A DNA stretch of 64,000 nt from an uncultured Actinomycetota bacterium. Its GTDB lineage: Bacteria > Actinomycetota > Thermoleophilia > RBG-16-64-13. The notes beneath the pieces are model-generated. The model searched no databases and was not told where the DNA came from. It saw only the letters and a program-made list of their open reading frames with translations. Positions 1 through 9,029 of this stretch are shown in pieces. How positions within the stretch are numbered: the stretch's first letter is position 1; each line of letters begins with the position of its first letter. A program made the position numbers and the translations under genes. Where the stretch lies: contig CAWBOK010000001.1 in NCBI GenBank assembly GCA_963790415.1, positions 770,545-834,544 on the forward strand, read 5' to 3'.

Positions 1-202
1 CAGCGAGGTAGTTCATGAACAGGGTGACGTCGACAAGGCTCAGCTGCCCCGCCTTGGTAGAAGCGCGGATCGATTCGCTGCGGGTGGCCGAAGCCTCGGC
101 GTACTTCGTGGCCTGGACTCCACCCCAGCGGGCCGCCTGGTAGCCGCTCCACGCGGTGGCGACGGTCGCCACCGCCAGCAGGAACACGGCGGCGATCTCC
201 AT
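1..202 (-). CDS. hypothetical membrane protein, N-terminal fragment (gene runs off the left edge)
   Basis: ATG at 202..200. Translation MEIAAVFLLAVATVATAWSGYQAARWGG... starts with a TM helix. Open to the window edge. Confidence 0.4.
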   Translation of the reverse strand, partial: MEIAAVFLLAVATVATAWSGYQAARWGGVQATKYAEASATRSESIRASTKAGQLSLVDVTLFMNYLA

Positions 203-440
203 CCATCGCTCGAGTCTCTCCCGGTGGGTGTGCGGAGAGCGGAAGGTTCCTCTGGGTTCCTCCGTCACGGGCACAGGACACGTCCCCCGCAGCGGCGTGC
301 GGCCACGCCGACCGTGGTCGGACTCTGGCCGTGGCGGCGGGGCGATGGCGCGAACGGAGATCGCGGTGGATCAGACATGCAGGCGTCCTCCCTTGTCTCT
401 GCGCATTTCGACGGGCCATGCCCGGCCATGGAGGACGCCG

Positions 441-821
441 TCAGGCTGTCGTGCCTGCCGCGGCGTCGGGTTGGAGTAGGCCGACGACCAGGCCGGAAGG
501 GTCGGTCGCATAAGCCTGCCACCCGACGCCGGATATGGGGGCCTTCGGCGTGAGCGCCTTGCCTCCGGCCCGCTCGATCCGCGCGAGGGTCTGATCCAAG
601 TCGGGCACCTCCACAGTCACGACCACCCGCTGATCACCCGCGACGCCCAGAGGAGAGATAGCGCCATCGATGCCCGGACTCTCTCGCGCTCCGGTGCCCA
701 CCAGCCAGTACTCGAACGGCCCGCCCCACGTCTGGATCTCCCAGCCGAACACGTCACGGTAGAACGTCACGGCCTCGGCGGTTCTCTCGGCGAAGAGCTC
801 GAAGTGGACGACTCTGCCCAT
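441..821 (-). CDS. VOC/glyoxalase-bleomycin resistance family protein
   Basis: 126-aa ORF. The N-terminus VVHFELFAERTAEAVTFYRDVFGWEI is typical of the VOC fold. Confidence 0.8.
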   Translation of the reverse strand: MGRVVHFELFAERTAEAVTFYRDVFGWEIQTWGGPFEYWLVGTGARESPGIDGAISPLGVAGDQRVVVTVEVPDLDQTLARIERAGGKALTPKAPISGVGWQAYATDPSGLVVGLLQPDAAAGTTA

Positions 822-989
822 AGCCTGCCTCCCGTCGGTGTCCGGTCCTTGACCCCGTATTAGATTCTACGCCCCAGGTACACTCCCCTCAACCACCGGG
901 TTCGGTGACGACCCTTGCACTCGAAGGGATGTACCATTCCCGGTAGTCCCCCCTGAGGACAAGGGACCCGAGCAGGGAGCAGGAGGCCG

Positions 990-2609
990 ATGATGCCTGG
1001 AGCGCTTCGACGTGGTCGCGGCGGCGGCACGTATTCTCGTCGTCTGCTCTTCGCTCTGCTATCCGCCTTGGTCCCAGGCGCCGGACAGATCGCTGCCGGG
1101 GCGCGCCGGCGCGGCCTTATCATGCTCGCGGTAGTGGCGGCGTTGCTGATCTGTGGCGTGATCCTCGCGCTGCAAGGCGTGGACCAGGTCCTGTCGTACT
1201 TGATCCGACCCCGCGTTCTGCTTGCGCTGTTGGGGCTCAACATCCTCCTGCTGGCCTTCCGTCTGTTCGCAGTGATCGACGCGTATCGGGTGGGTGAAGC
1301 GTACTCCGGGGACCCCACCTCGGCTCCGCCTCTCAGGGACAAGTTCCCGGCCTCGCCTCCCCGAGACACGCTCGGAACAGCGCCTCGCCGGGAAGCGCCG
1401 GCAGCCTCGCTGCTCCGGGTTGGCGTCGCCGGCGCTGCGCTGAGCCTGTTGCTGGTCCTCACGGCGGGGCCGCACGGGATCGCGGGGTACTACACCTACC
1501 TCTCGCACGATCTGCTGACCTCGGTGTTCGTCAGCGAGAGCGACGCGGAACCGGGTTCCGTACCGGGCGGGCCCTCGACTGCGCCCGTTCCTTCCTCGAC
1601 ATCGACGGTCCCTACCGCCGTGACGACTACGACCGGGGCGGCGACGACCGGCATTCCGGCAACGACGACCACGTCCGCCACGGATGCCGCCCCCGCGCTC
1701 GAATCCGGTGAAGACCACAGGCTGACGGTGCTGCTGATCGGCACGGACGCCGGTTACGGTCGGAAGGGCGCCCGGGCCGACTCGATCATGGTGGGCACCG
1801 TCGATCTCCAGACCGGCTTCGTAGCTCTGTTCGGCATCCCACGCAACACGGGCGACCTGCCGCTGCGCGGGCAGGCCGCGGAAGCGCTGGGCACCAAGAC
1901 CTATGCCGGCATGATCAGCGACTTGTACCAAGAGGCGTGGAATCACCCGGAGCTGGCGCCCGAGGGGGGGAACCCGGGGGCCGAAGTGCTGCGCCAGACG
2001 GTGAGCACGCTGCTCGGCATCCCGGTGGACTACTACGCGGTGATAGACATGGGCGGCTTCGTGGACCTGGTCGACGCCTTCGGCGGGATCACCCTGAACG
2101 TGAAGGATCGGATCCACGTCCGTCTCTCCCCACCTCGAAAGGGAGAGCCGTGGCGGGAATACGACATTCAGCCTGGTAAGCGGCATCTGAACGGCTACGA
2201 GGCTCTGGCGTTCGCGCGCTCGCGAACGGGCACCAACGACTACGATCGCATGCGCCGACAGCGCTGCGTCCTCAAGGCTCTGATGTACCAGAACGGCGCC
2301 GCGGAGCTGGCGCTGAAGTTCGCGAGCGTCGTCAAGGTGGTCCGCGACCACGTGAGCACGGATATCCCCGTCGAGAGGCTTCCGGACCTTGTGAAGGTCA
2401 GGGGCAGACTGAAGACCGACCGGATGCTCACGGTCGGCTTCACGCCGCCGGACTACCTTGCCGGGCGAAACGACCTGGGCTACAACATCTTGGATAGGGC
2501 GCTGGTGCAGTCCACGGTACGGGAGATCATCGAGCGACCGGAACAAGCGCTGGAACGCCTGGGCCCCGAAACCAACGTCGACACGTCAGAATGCTGGCAG
2601 GTCAAGTGA
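990..2609 (+). CDS. LytR-CpsA-Psr (LCP) family cell-envelope phosphotransferase
   Basis: 539-aa ORF with AGGAGG 4 nt upstream. N-terminal TM segments and a Thr/Pro linker. LCP core LTVLLIGTDAGYGRKGARADSIMVGTVDL...FGIPRNT...GYEALAFARSR. Confidence 0.85.
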   Translation: MMPGALRRGRGGGTYSRRLLFALLSALVPGAGQIAAGARRRGLIMLAVVAALLICGVILALQGVDQVLSYLIRPRVLLALLGLNILLLAFRLFAVIDAYRVGEAYSGDPTSAPPLRDKFPASPPRDTLGTAPRREAPAASLLRVGVAGAALSLLLVLTAGPHGIAGYYTYLSHDLLTSVFVSESDAEPGSVPGGPSTAPVPSSTSTVPTAVTTTTGAATTGIPATTTTSATDAAPALESGEDHRLTVLLIGTDAGYGRKGARADSIMVGTVDLQTGFVALFGIPRNTGDLPLRGQAAEALGTKTYAGMISDLYQEAWNHPELAPEGGNPGAEVLRQTVSTLLGIPVDYYAVIDMGGFVDLVDAFGGITLNVKDRIHVRLSPPRKGEPWREYDIQPGKRHLNGYEALAFARSRTGTNDYDRMRRQRCVLKALMYQNGAAELALKFASVVKVVRDHVSTDIPVERLPDLVKVRGRLKTDRMLTVGFTPPDYLAGRNDLGYNILDRALVQSTVREIIERPEQALERLGPETNVDTSECWQVK

Positions 2610-2634
2610 ACGCGCTCACGCCGGGGGTGTCGAG

Positions 2635-2985
2635 GTGAGACGGAGATGGTGGGCGTGGCTGCTGGTGGCGCTCGGCGGGCTGGCGCTCGCCGCCGTGCTG
2701 GGCTTCGTGATCTGGGCGGAGACCCCCTCGGGGCCGATGCCGGAGGCGGTCGCCGCCATGGCATCGGACGATCGGGTGACGGTCGACCGGAACGATCTGA
2801 TCGTGTTCCGCCCGACCAAGACGACGCCGACCACGGGTCTGGTCTTCTACCCTGGAGCACACCTAGACCCGGTGTCGTACGCCCCGGCCATGCGCGCACT
2901 CGCCGAGCAACAGAGCCAGACGGTAGCCGCCACCCTGCGCCTGCTACGCGGCCTGGTCACTGGTAGGTCCGGCCATCATGCCTGA
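2635..2985 (+). pseudogene. alpha/beta hydrolase, N-terminal remnant (3' truncated)
   Basis: GTG start, signal anchor RRRWWAWLLVALGGLALAAVL, then LVFYPGAHLDPVSYAPAMRALAE. Similarity stops after about 110 aa. No alternative frame continues it. The 3' end overlaps the convergent gene 2957..3418. Confidence 0.5.
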
Positions 2986-3418
2986 TCCACCCCGGGACGT
3001 GACTCCCCGTCGGGTCGTGATGTGTCCAGTGCATGAGACCGCCCTGTGCGTTCCACTCGTACGCGCCCTTGAACGAGACGGTGTCGCCAACCCGCAGGGC
3101 ACTCACCCGTGGAGCAATGTCGATATTGTGCGTCACCAAGAGAGTCTGCCCTGAGTCCAGCCGGACGATGAACCGTTGATGCCTCGCACCATCAGTGTCG
3201 TCGGTCACTAGCTGCGTCACCGTTCCTTGCCCCTCGAGTTCCAGATTGCCGGCTCGATCGGCAAAGGCACGCGCAAAACTGGAGTCACCGCCGCTGACGG
3301 GCCTGGCTCCGCTGTCGGCACCTGTTTCGGTCGGGATGGCGGTCGCCGAACAGCCGCACTGCGTGACACCAACCAGACAAGCAACGACGACTGCGAGTGC
3401 GAGCAACAGCCTCTTCAT
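2957..3418 (-). CDS. DUF3465-like secreted lipoprotein
   Basis: 153 aa with lipobox-like signal MKRLLLALAVVVACLVGVTQCGC. Core HQRFIVRLDSGQTLLVTHNIDIAPRV...GDTVSFKGAYEWN. Confidence 0.7.
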   Translation of the reverse strand: MKRLLLALAVVVACLVGVTQCGCSATAIPTETGADSGARPVSGGDSSFARAFADRAGNLELEGQGTVTQLVTDDTDGARHQRFIVRLDSGQTLLVTHNIDIAPRVSALRVGDTVSFKGAYEWNAQGGLMHWTHHDPTGSHVPGWIRHDGRTYQ

Positions 3419-4680
3419 TCCGGATCCTCAACCATCGTGTCTTCTCCCGACCGCCCGAAAGTGGTCCGACATCAGTGCGGCACCCCGAACGTACCACGAG
3501 GTCGCCGCCTTCATCTCTGGTGTTTGTGTTGGGTCTGGCCGCAGTGGCCGACGCAGCCAGCCCGCCGATGGCCAAGTGGGTCGATCCGCTGCCGGTTCCA
3601 CCAGTGGCAACGAAGACGTTCAACAAGTTGATCTCAGGGTGGGCCGACTACTACGAGATCAACATGACGTCCAGCCGGCATCAGTTCAACTCCGACCTGG
3701 GCCCGGCCACAGTCTGGACGTACGGCCAGCCCGGGAAGTCGCCCGTCCTGCTTGGCCCCACGATCATTGCGAAAACGGGCCGGCCGGTGGTGGTCAAATA
3801 CATCAACAACCTTCCGACGGACCCGAGTCTCTTCCCGCTGAAGGCCTCGATCGACTCGACACTGATGGGGTGGGACGTGCCCTCGGGCGCAGCGATCCCG
3901 CACCTCCACGGAGGACACACCGCGGCGCGATTCGATGGGACTCCCGGGCAATGGTGGACAGCCGATGGGGTCAAAGGCCCCGACTATGTAACCAACACCT
4001 TCACGTACGTCAACGACCAGCCGGCTTCGCTGCTCTGGTACCACGACCACACGATGGGGGCCACCCGGTTCAAGCCCTACCTCGGACTGGCCGCGGCCTA
4101 CTTGATCTTCGACAAGGTCGACAACGGCACCACGATCAACGGCCAGCAGGTCCCGTCCGGCTACGGCAAGTACCACCTGCCGCTGGTGATCCAGGAGAAG
4201 CAGTTCAACGCCGACGGCACCTTGTTCTACCCCACAGAAGGCATCAGCTCCGTTCACCCGATATGGGTTCCTGAGTTCTTCGGCGACACTCCGGTCATCA
4301 ACGGCAAGGCCTATCCGTTCCTGGATGCCCAGCCTAGGAGATACCGCCTTCGCCTCCTGAACGGCTCGCAGGCCCGCTTCTACAACCTGCGGTTCAAGTC
4401 GGCCGAGAGTGACCTCCCCTTCTGGATCATTGGATCTGAACAAGGACTCCTCCCCGCCCCGGTGCCCGCCTCGGGATGTCGTGCTGAAGGAGACCATGGT
4501 TCCGGGCTTCGACCCTTCGGAGGAGGTGCCGAGCGAGGTGCTTCTCAACGGCTACCACTTCATGGACCCGACGACGGACGTCATCAAGGCCGGCACCACA
4601 GAGACCTGGCAGTGGATCAACCTCACGGTGGACGCCCACCCGATGCACCCGCACCTGGTGGCCTCCCAGGTGGTTGATGC
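3397..4680 (+). pseudogene. multicopper oxidase (CotA/bilirubin-oxidase type), frameshifted and 3' truncated
   Basis: HLHGGH and WYHDH copper motifs are in the frame of ORF 3397. The continuation LLNGYHF...TWQWINLTVDAHPMHPHLV is in the +1 frame (ORF 4409); the shift is near 4450-4480. The C-terminal HCH copper motif is absent. Confidence 0.7.
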
Positions 4681-4738
4681 GGCCGTTTGTGATCGTGAAA
4701 TAGAGCGAACGCCTCGGCGAACGTCACGGACATGTCTT

Positions 4739-4775
4739 GGGGGTGGGTCGACGCCGACCCACCCCCATCCTTTTC
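4739..4775 (+). terminator. rho-independent terminator
   Basis: Perfect 12-bp stem GGGGGTGGGTCG/CGACCCACCCCC with a 4-nt loop, followed by the T-rich tract atccttttc. Confidence 0.7.
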
Positions 4776-4900
4776 AGACCGCTATCGTTGGCCTTCTCCG
4801 CGGGTTGGCCTTTGCGGCGCTTCCGTTCTCACATCCCATTCCCCACTTAGAACTCAGGAGCTGTGACCGGAAACGGGCACACCCGCACCGCAGAGCCGCG

Positions 4901-5611
4901 TCAAGACAACCCGACCAGCTGCGCTTCGAGGTCGCGCACACGTCGCCCCATGACAACGGTGATCTCGCGCATCAGGTGGTAGCCGAGAACGGGATCGGCT
5001 TCGCACAGGGACTCGAGCTCCACCTTCCCCAGCACCGCCACCTCGCTGTCCACCATGGCGTGACCGGTTGCCGTGTAGTGGAAGGGAGGTACCGCGCCGG
5101 ACCAGGCAAACAGTTCACCCGGACGGACCGTATCGACCAGCACATGGCGACCGGACCCTGCTTCGACCAGGAGACCCACCCGCCCGGAGAGCAAGACACA
5201 GAGACCGAAGGCCTCGTCGCCCTCCCTCATGACAAGGTCGCACGCCCGGTACCGCCGGATCTCCGCGTGCTTGACCAATGCCGCTCGATCAGCCTCGAGA
5301 AGGTAGCGCAAGCCACCCGTACCGAGAAGGTTCCCCTCATCCGGGGGCTCTGCAGCCGGCGTTGCCGAGGGTGGCGTCGCGATGGCGGGCGTCGCGGTAG
5401 GCTGCGTCGAAGGGGGCGCGGGAACAGGAGGCGACGGGCCCGGGCCAACCGCACGCGCCGCCAACGCGCCGGCGGCTGTGGTTCCCGGCACAGAGCCAGA
5501 CACCGCCTGACCTGCGAGTGACGCCCGGGAGGCGCGGCGCGAAGAGAGCGCCCAGTAGATGAATAGCACGGCGAATATGGGGAATACGACGGCCATCGTG
5601 ATCACCTCCAC
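4901..5611 (-). CDS. membrane-anchored cyclic-nucleotide-binding domain protein
   Basis: 236 aa. N-terminal TM (VVFPIFAVLFIYWAL), Ala/Pro linker, and a cNMP-binding fold (YRACDLVMREGDEAFGLCVLLSGRVGLLV...RPGELFAWS). Confidence 0.7.
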   Translation of the reverse strand: MEVITMAVVFPIFAVLFIYWALSSRRASRASLAGQAVSGSVPGTTAAGALAARAVGPGPSPPVPAPPSTQPTATPAIATPPSATPAAEPPDEGNLLGTGGLRYLLEADRAALVKHAEIRRYRACDLVMREGDEAFGLCVLLSGRVGLLVEAGSGRHVLVDTVRPGELFAWSGAVPPFHYTATGHAMVDSEVAVLGKVELESLCEADPVLGYHLMREITVVMGRRVRDLEAQLVGLS

Positions 5612-5766
5612 GTCTGCGTGGAATCACACGGCCGAGCGTTGCGCCCGTACTATCGAGGAGCCAGGGGCGCGCTCGACATAGCCGCCAGTGTCGGTGCCAA
5701 GACCACGGTCGAGATGGGCACCCCGACCACCTACGGGTTTCCTGTCACCGTTGCGCCGGCACTTAT

Positions 5767-6127
5767 CTATAAATAGTATAGGCGTGTTGGGTTGTCGACG
5801 CAACCACTACCTTGCCGTCGCGGGCGGCCGAGGGAGATCAGCACCTCGGAGCCGAGCTCCATCACGCCCACCTCGATGGGCGGATAGTCCCCGTGGAGCC
5901 AAACCTTGGTCAGGTCGAACGGGTGGAACTGACACAGTATCGAGCGAGATGGTCGGCACGCGGTCCCGCACGCCACGATAGATCGCTTCCACGTCGGGAT
6001 GGGTGTCGCTGCCGGCGATCTCCCTGGCGACTTCCAGTCGCTGATGCGTCAGGCGCAGGCCGCTCTTGCGCAATGCTTGAGAGAACAGGGAGACGCGGCG
6101 CTCAACTTCGCTCTCTGGGATGGACAC
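5767..6127 (-). pseudogene. Fur-family regulator, apparently frameshifted/truncated
   Basis: GTG start. The winged-helix part [47 protein letters not shown] is intact. A plausible continuation ([17 protein letters not shown]) sits in the +1 frame (ORF 5767..5976). No HHH or CxxC metal-site motifs were found. Confidence 0.45.
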
Positions 6128-6316
6128 GGCAGTGCCTTTCGTTCTACAGCTAACCTTCTCTATTCAGTATAGATACGCAAGAGACTCCTGCAAGACGCCG
6201 GTCCGTGCCACGCGGGATGCCGCGACGGGTAGTCCGACCGAGGTAGAGCGCGTGAACTGCAGGCGAGGCGGAGACGACTGCCCCCGCCCTTCTTCGTCGC
6301 GCCCTCGCGGCAGCAC

Positions 6317-6742
6317 CTACGCGCAGTAAACGCGCACGTTGTCGCCGTTCTTGGAATCGACGTCGATCTCCATCTCGCGCAGCGACTCGATCAGCTCCTC
6401 GATGTCCTCCTGCTTGAGGTTAGCGAAGTCGATCGCCATGCCGCTGGCGGCCATCTGTTTGTTGATCTGATCCATCGCCTGGGGAGGAATCAGCGACGTG
6501 AGTTTGAGGCCGGCGCGCACCAGGCCCAGGGGGATCTTGACGTTCACGTTGTCTCCCTCCGTGCTCACCACCTTGACGTACATGAACTTCGGGGGGGCCG
6601 CCGACCCCGACCTTGACGGCGGGTCGGCAACTGCTGTCTGCGTTCCGTGCACATCCATGGCGTCGAGCAGGCGGGAGCCCTCTTCGGCGGTGATCTTGCC
6701 CTCGGCCACCAGACTCAGGATGCGTGTGCGTTCTTCGCCCAT
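6317..6742 (-). CDS. SHOCT-like domain protein (LiaX/YvlB N-terminal type)
   Basis: ATG at 6742 preceded by AAGGAG. N-terminus MGEERTRILSLVAEGKITAEEGSRLLDAM. Last gene of a three-gene operon led by the DUF2089 gene. Confidence 0.6.
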   Translation of the reverse strand: MGEERTRILSLVAEGKITAEEGSRLLDAMDVHGTQTAVADPPSRSGSAAPPKFMYVKVVSTEGDNVNVKIPLGLVRAGLKLTSLIPPQAMDQINKQMAASGMAIDFANLKQEDIEELIESLREMEIDVDSKNGDNVRVYCA

Positions 6743-6783
6743 GACGTACTCCTTTCCTCGCGCGCTCGCGACCAGGCGGCGCG

Positions 6784-7065
6784 TCACCATACCGTCACGT
6801 CGACGGTGCGGCTCTTGTTGTCTACGAACACTTGGGTCCCCCGTGTCTCGCCCAGCGCATCGAGGCAGCCGAGCATGAAGGTCGTGAACCGGTGCGGTCG
6901 TCCCGTCACGAAAAGGACGGCGTCGGCCAACGCCGCGGCCACGATAGCCAACCCGCCCAGGAGCAACAGCAGCGGCCACAGCACGAACACCGGGAGCCAC
7001 AGGTGGAGCTTCCGGCCGCCGGCCTCAGCCACGCGGACGTCGACGACCGCGGGCGGGGCCTTCAC
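6784..7065 (-). CDS. small membrane protein
   Basis: 93 aa with a hydrophobic core LWLPVFVLWPLLLLLGGLAIVAAALADAVLF. Its start overlaps the stop of the upstream gene (ATGA). Confidence 0.5.
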   Translation of the reverse strand: MKAPPAVVDVRVAEAGGRKLHLWLPVFVLWPLLLLLGGLAIVAAALADAVLFVTGRPHRFTTFMLGCLDALGETRGTQVFVDNKSRTVDVTVW

Positions 7066-7421
7066 TGGGCCAACCTCTCGGCCGCCTCGGCCGCGCTGAT
7101 CTCACCGCGTTCCAGCAGGTCCAGGATCTCGTCCCGCTCCGACACCTGCACGACCTGGGCCAACTGCAACTGCTGAACGATGCGGTTCAACCGGTTCTTG
7201 ACCGTGGGGTAGCTGATACCGAACGCCTTCTCCATGAACTTGATCGACCCATGGCAGCGGACGAACTCCGTCACGAACACCTGGTCCTCATAGCGCAGGC
7301 ACGCCAGCGGCGGGAGTTCGAACTCGCCCGCCAAGTCGATGCCCGTGTCGACCAGACGCACGCCGGTCACCAGGAACGGGCGTTCGCCGGTCAGGTCGGT
7401 CAGATCGTGCCAGTCGGCCAT
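7062..7421 (-). CDS. DUF2089-family DNA-binding protein
   Basis: ATG at 7421 preceded by AAGGAGGTGA. Contains the HTH segment FMEKAFGISYPTVKNRLNRI and the tail ILDLLERGEISAAEAAERL. Confidence 0.7.
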   Translation of the reverse strand: MADWHDLTDLTGERPFLVTGVRLVDTGIDLAGEFELPPLACLRYEDQVFVTEFVRCHGSIKFMEKAFGISYPTVKNRLNRIVQQLQLAQVVQVSERDEILDLLERGEISAAEAAERLAQ

Positions 7422-7468
7422 GTGGTCACCTCCTTCGGTTCTTCCCAACTATGGTGCACCCGATTACC

Positions 7469-7498
7469 AAGAAAATCAAGTCCACAATCAATTTTCTT
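7469..7498. promoter_or_regulatory. candidate operator (perfect 8-bp inverted repeat)
   Basis: AAGAAAAT-N14-ATTTTCTT, located 48 bp upstream of the DUF2089 start. AT-rich in a GC-rich background. Confidence 0.35.
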
Positions 7499-7818
7499 AA
7501 TCTATCGGCGCAGCTAGGTTGAACATTGACCTCGGTATCCTATCGAGCGTGCCGTGTGCCGCGCGGGCCGTTTCCAGGATCGGAGTGCGCGCCGCCGGTT
7601 CCTGGGCCTTTCCGCTGCGGCGATCGCGGCTCTCGTCCTCCAAGCGCGTGGGTGCCGCAGCTCGAGCCCTCCAGTTCCCCACCCGCAGGGTGGCGCAGCG
7701 CTCCGCGTCGGGCCGGAGAAGGGCGCCGCCTGTGCCCCCGTTTAGCTCTCAACGAACGCGGGTACGCTCTGTGCGGTTTTTCTGCCGGTCGACTAGCGAA
7801 GACACCAAGGAGAAGACG

Positions 7819-8331
7819 ATGAACGACGTACCCCTAGACATCCTGATCGCAGGCTACAGCGATCCCGATTCAGCCAAGCAGGACTACGACGCCCTGAAGA
7901 GGGCCCAACGCGACGGCCTCATCTTCATCGAGGGCGCCATCCTCGTAAGCCGGGAGGCCGACGGCACCCTCCACGTGAAGGAGACCGGCGACCACGACGT
8001 CTTCAAGGGCGCCACCCTGGGTATCGCCGGGGGCTTCGTCCTCGGGCTCTTCGCCCCTCCGCTCCTCGGCGCCATGGTGGTGGGCGGGGCCATCGGCGGC
8101 GTCCTCGGCAAGCTCACCAAGCACCATGACGAGAGCAAGATCAAGAAGGACATCGAGGACGTGCTCCCGCCCGGGACCTCGGGCGTCGTCGCCGTCTTCG
8201 ACGAGATCTGGGTGACGCAAGTGGAGAAGGAACTCGCCAAGGCCGAGAAGAAGGCTGTTTCGGCCGCCGACAAGGAGACCACGAAGGAACTGAAGGAAGC
8301 CCTCGCCGAGGCCAAGAAACAGGAGTCCTAG
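7819..8331 (+). CDS. DUF1269-family membrane protein
   Basis: ATG at 7819 after AAGGAGAAG. DILIAGYSDPDSAKQDYDAL...ILVSREADGTLHV, followed by a Gly-rich TM segment GATLGIAGGFVLGLFAPPLLGAMVVGGAIGGVLG. Confidence 0.7.
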   Translation: MNDVPLDILIAGYSDPDSAKQDYDALKRAQRDGLIFIEGAILVSREADGTLHVKETGDHDVFKGATLGIAGGFVLGLFAPPLLGAMVVGGAIGGVLGKLTKHHDESKIKKDIEDVLPPGTSGVVAVFDEIWVTQVEKELAKAEKKAVSAADKETTKELKEALAEAKKQES

Positions 8332-8373
8332 ATACACGAGAAGACCGGCGCCACGGCCAGGGAGGGACACGAC

Positions 8374-8883
8374 ATGAGGGCGATCGCCGTCTTGCTACTG
8401 CTGACTCTGGTCGCCGCCGTCTTCGGGTGCGGCGGAGGCGACACGACGACCACGACCGCGCCGCCGACCACGACCACCACCCTGACGCCCGCGGCTGAGG
8501 TCGAGAAGGCGCGGGCCCAGCTCGAGACAGACCTGGCCGCGTTCAAAGTGTCGCTCGAAGAACTGCGCACTTTGGGTCTGAGCTCGACGAAAGCCGACTT
8601 CGCCGCCGTCCGCGACACCATCGAGCGCTCCTGGATCGCGGTGAAGCAGTCCGCCACCGCGCTGAAGACGGCGCGGAGCAGCCAGATCCAAGGCGCCGCG
8701 GATGAGCTGCAGGGCCCGGTAGATGCGGTCCAACAGGCCTGGGACGGTCTCGGCACCCTCGTGGACGACGTCCAGAGCGGCACGATCACCGTGGGCGAGG
8801 CGCTCGTAGCGCTCCCTGCGAAGCTGGCCGCGCTGGCCTCGGCCGTAGGAGACCTCTCCGCGGCCGCCGCGAAGGAGGGGTAG
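8374..8883 (+). CDS. hypothetical lipoprotein
   Basis: Signal plus lipobox MRAIAVLLLLTLVAAVFGCGGG, a Thr-rich linker, then helical Ala/Leu-rich sequence. Confidence 0.55.
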   Translation: MRAIAVLLLLTLVAAVFGCGGGDTTTTTAPPTTTTTLTPAAEVEKARAQLETDLAAFKVSLEELRTLGLSSTKADFAAVRDTIERSWIAVKQSATALKTARSSQIQGAADELQGPVDAVQQAWDGLGTLVDDVQSGTITVGEALVALPAKLAALASAVGDLSAAAAKEG

Positions 8884-8940
8884 AGCAGCCCTCAAACGCG
8901 AACGGGAGGAGCGTTCACACCTACGAGCGCTCCGTACTGA

Positions 8941-8971
8941 GGGGGCCGGAATCCATCGGATTCCGGCCCCC
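8941..8971. terminator. bidirectional terminator hairpin
   Basis: Perfect 14-bp stem GGGGGCCGGAATCC/GGATTCCGGCCCCC with a 3-nt loop, between convergent genes. Confidence 0.75.
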
Positions 8972-9029
8972 TCTCTCTAGGTCAAGCGCGAAGGCCGCAG
9001 CGAGCGCACTCGGCAGCGCACCCAGGGCC

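Noticed and set aside
1059-2546. 495-aa minus-strand ORF antisense to the LCP gene. Similar cases: 12711..14243 (+), 15226..16644 (-), 33985..35715 (-), 38524..39771 (+), 45420..46850 (+).
   Set aside because: These are Arg/Gly/His/Pro-rich with no recognisable motifs. Each lies fully antisense to a gene with clear family signatures. They are typical shadow ORFs of GC-rich DNA.
4650-4735. Minus-strand mini-ORF MSVTFAEAFALFHDHKRPHQ... as a transposase (rve) remnant
   Set aside because: Only the HKRPH string is suggestive, and no DDE residues or inverted repeats are present. Kept only as a note under the MCO rearrangement finding.
7540-7790. GC-rich 250-bp leader upstream of the DUF1269 gene as a possible riboswitch or structured RNA
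   Set aside because: Only weak, imperfect pairings could be drawn by eye, and it has no resemblance to a riboswitch class I know. A covariance-model scan would be needed before any claim.
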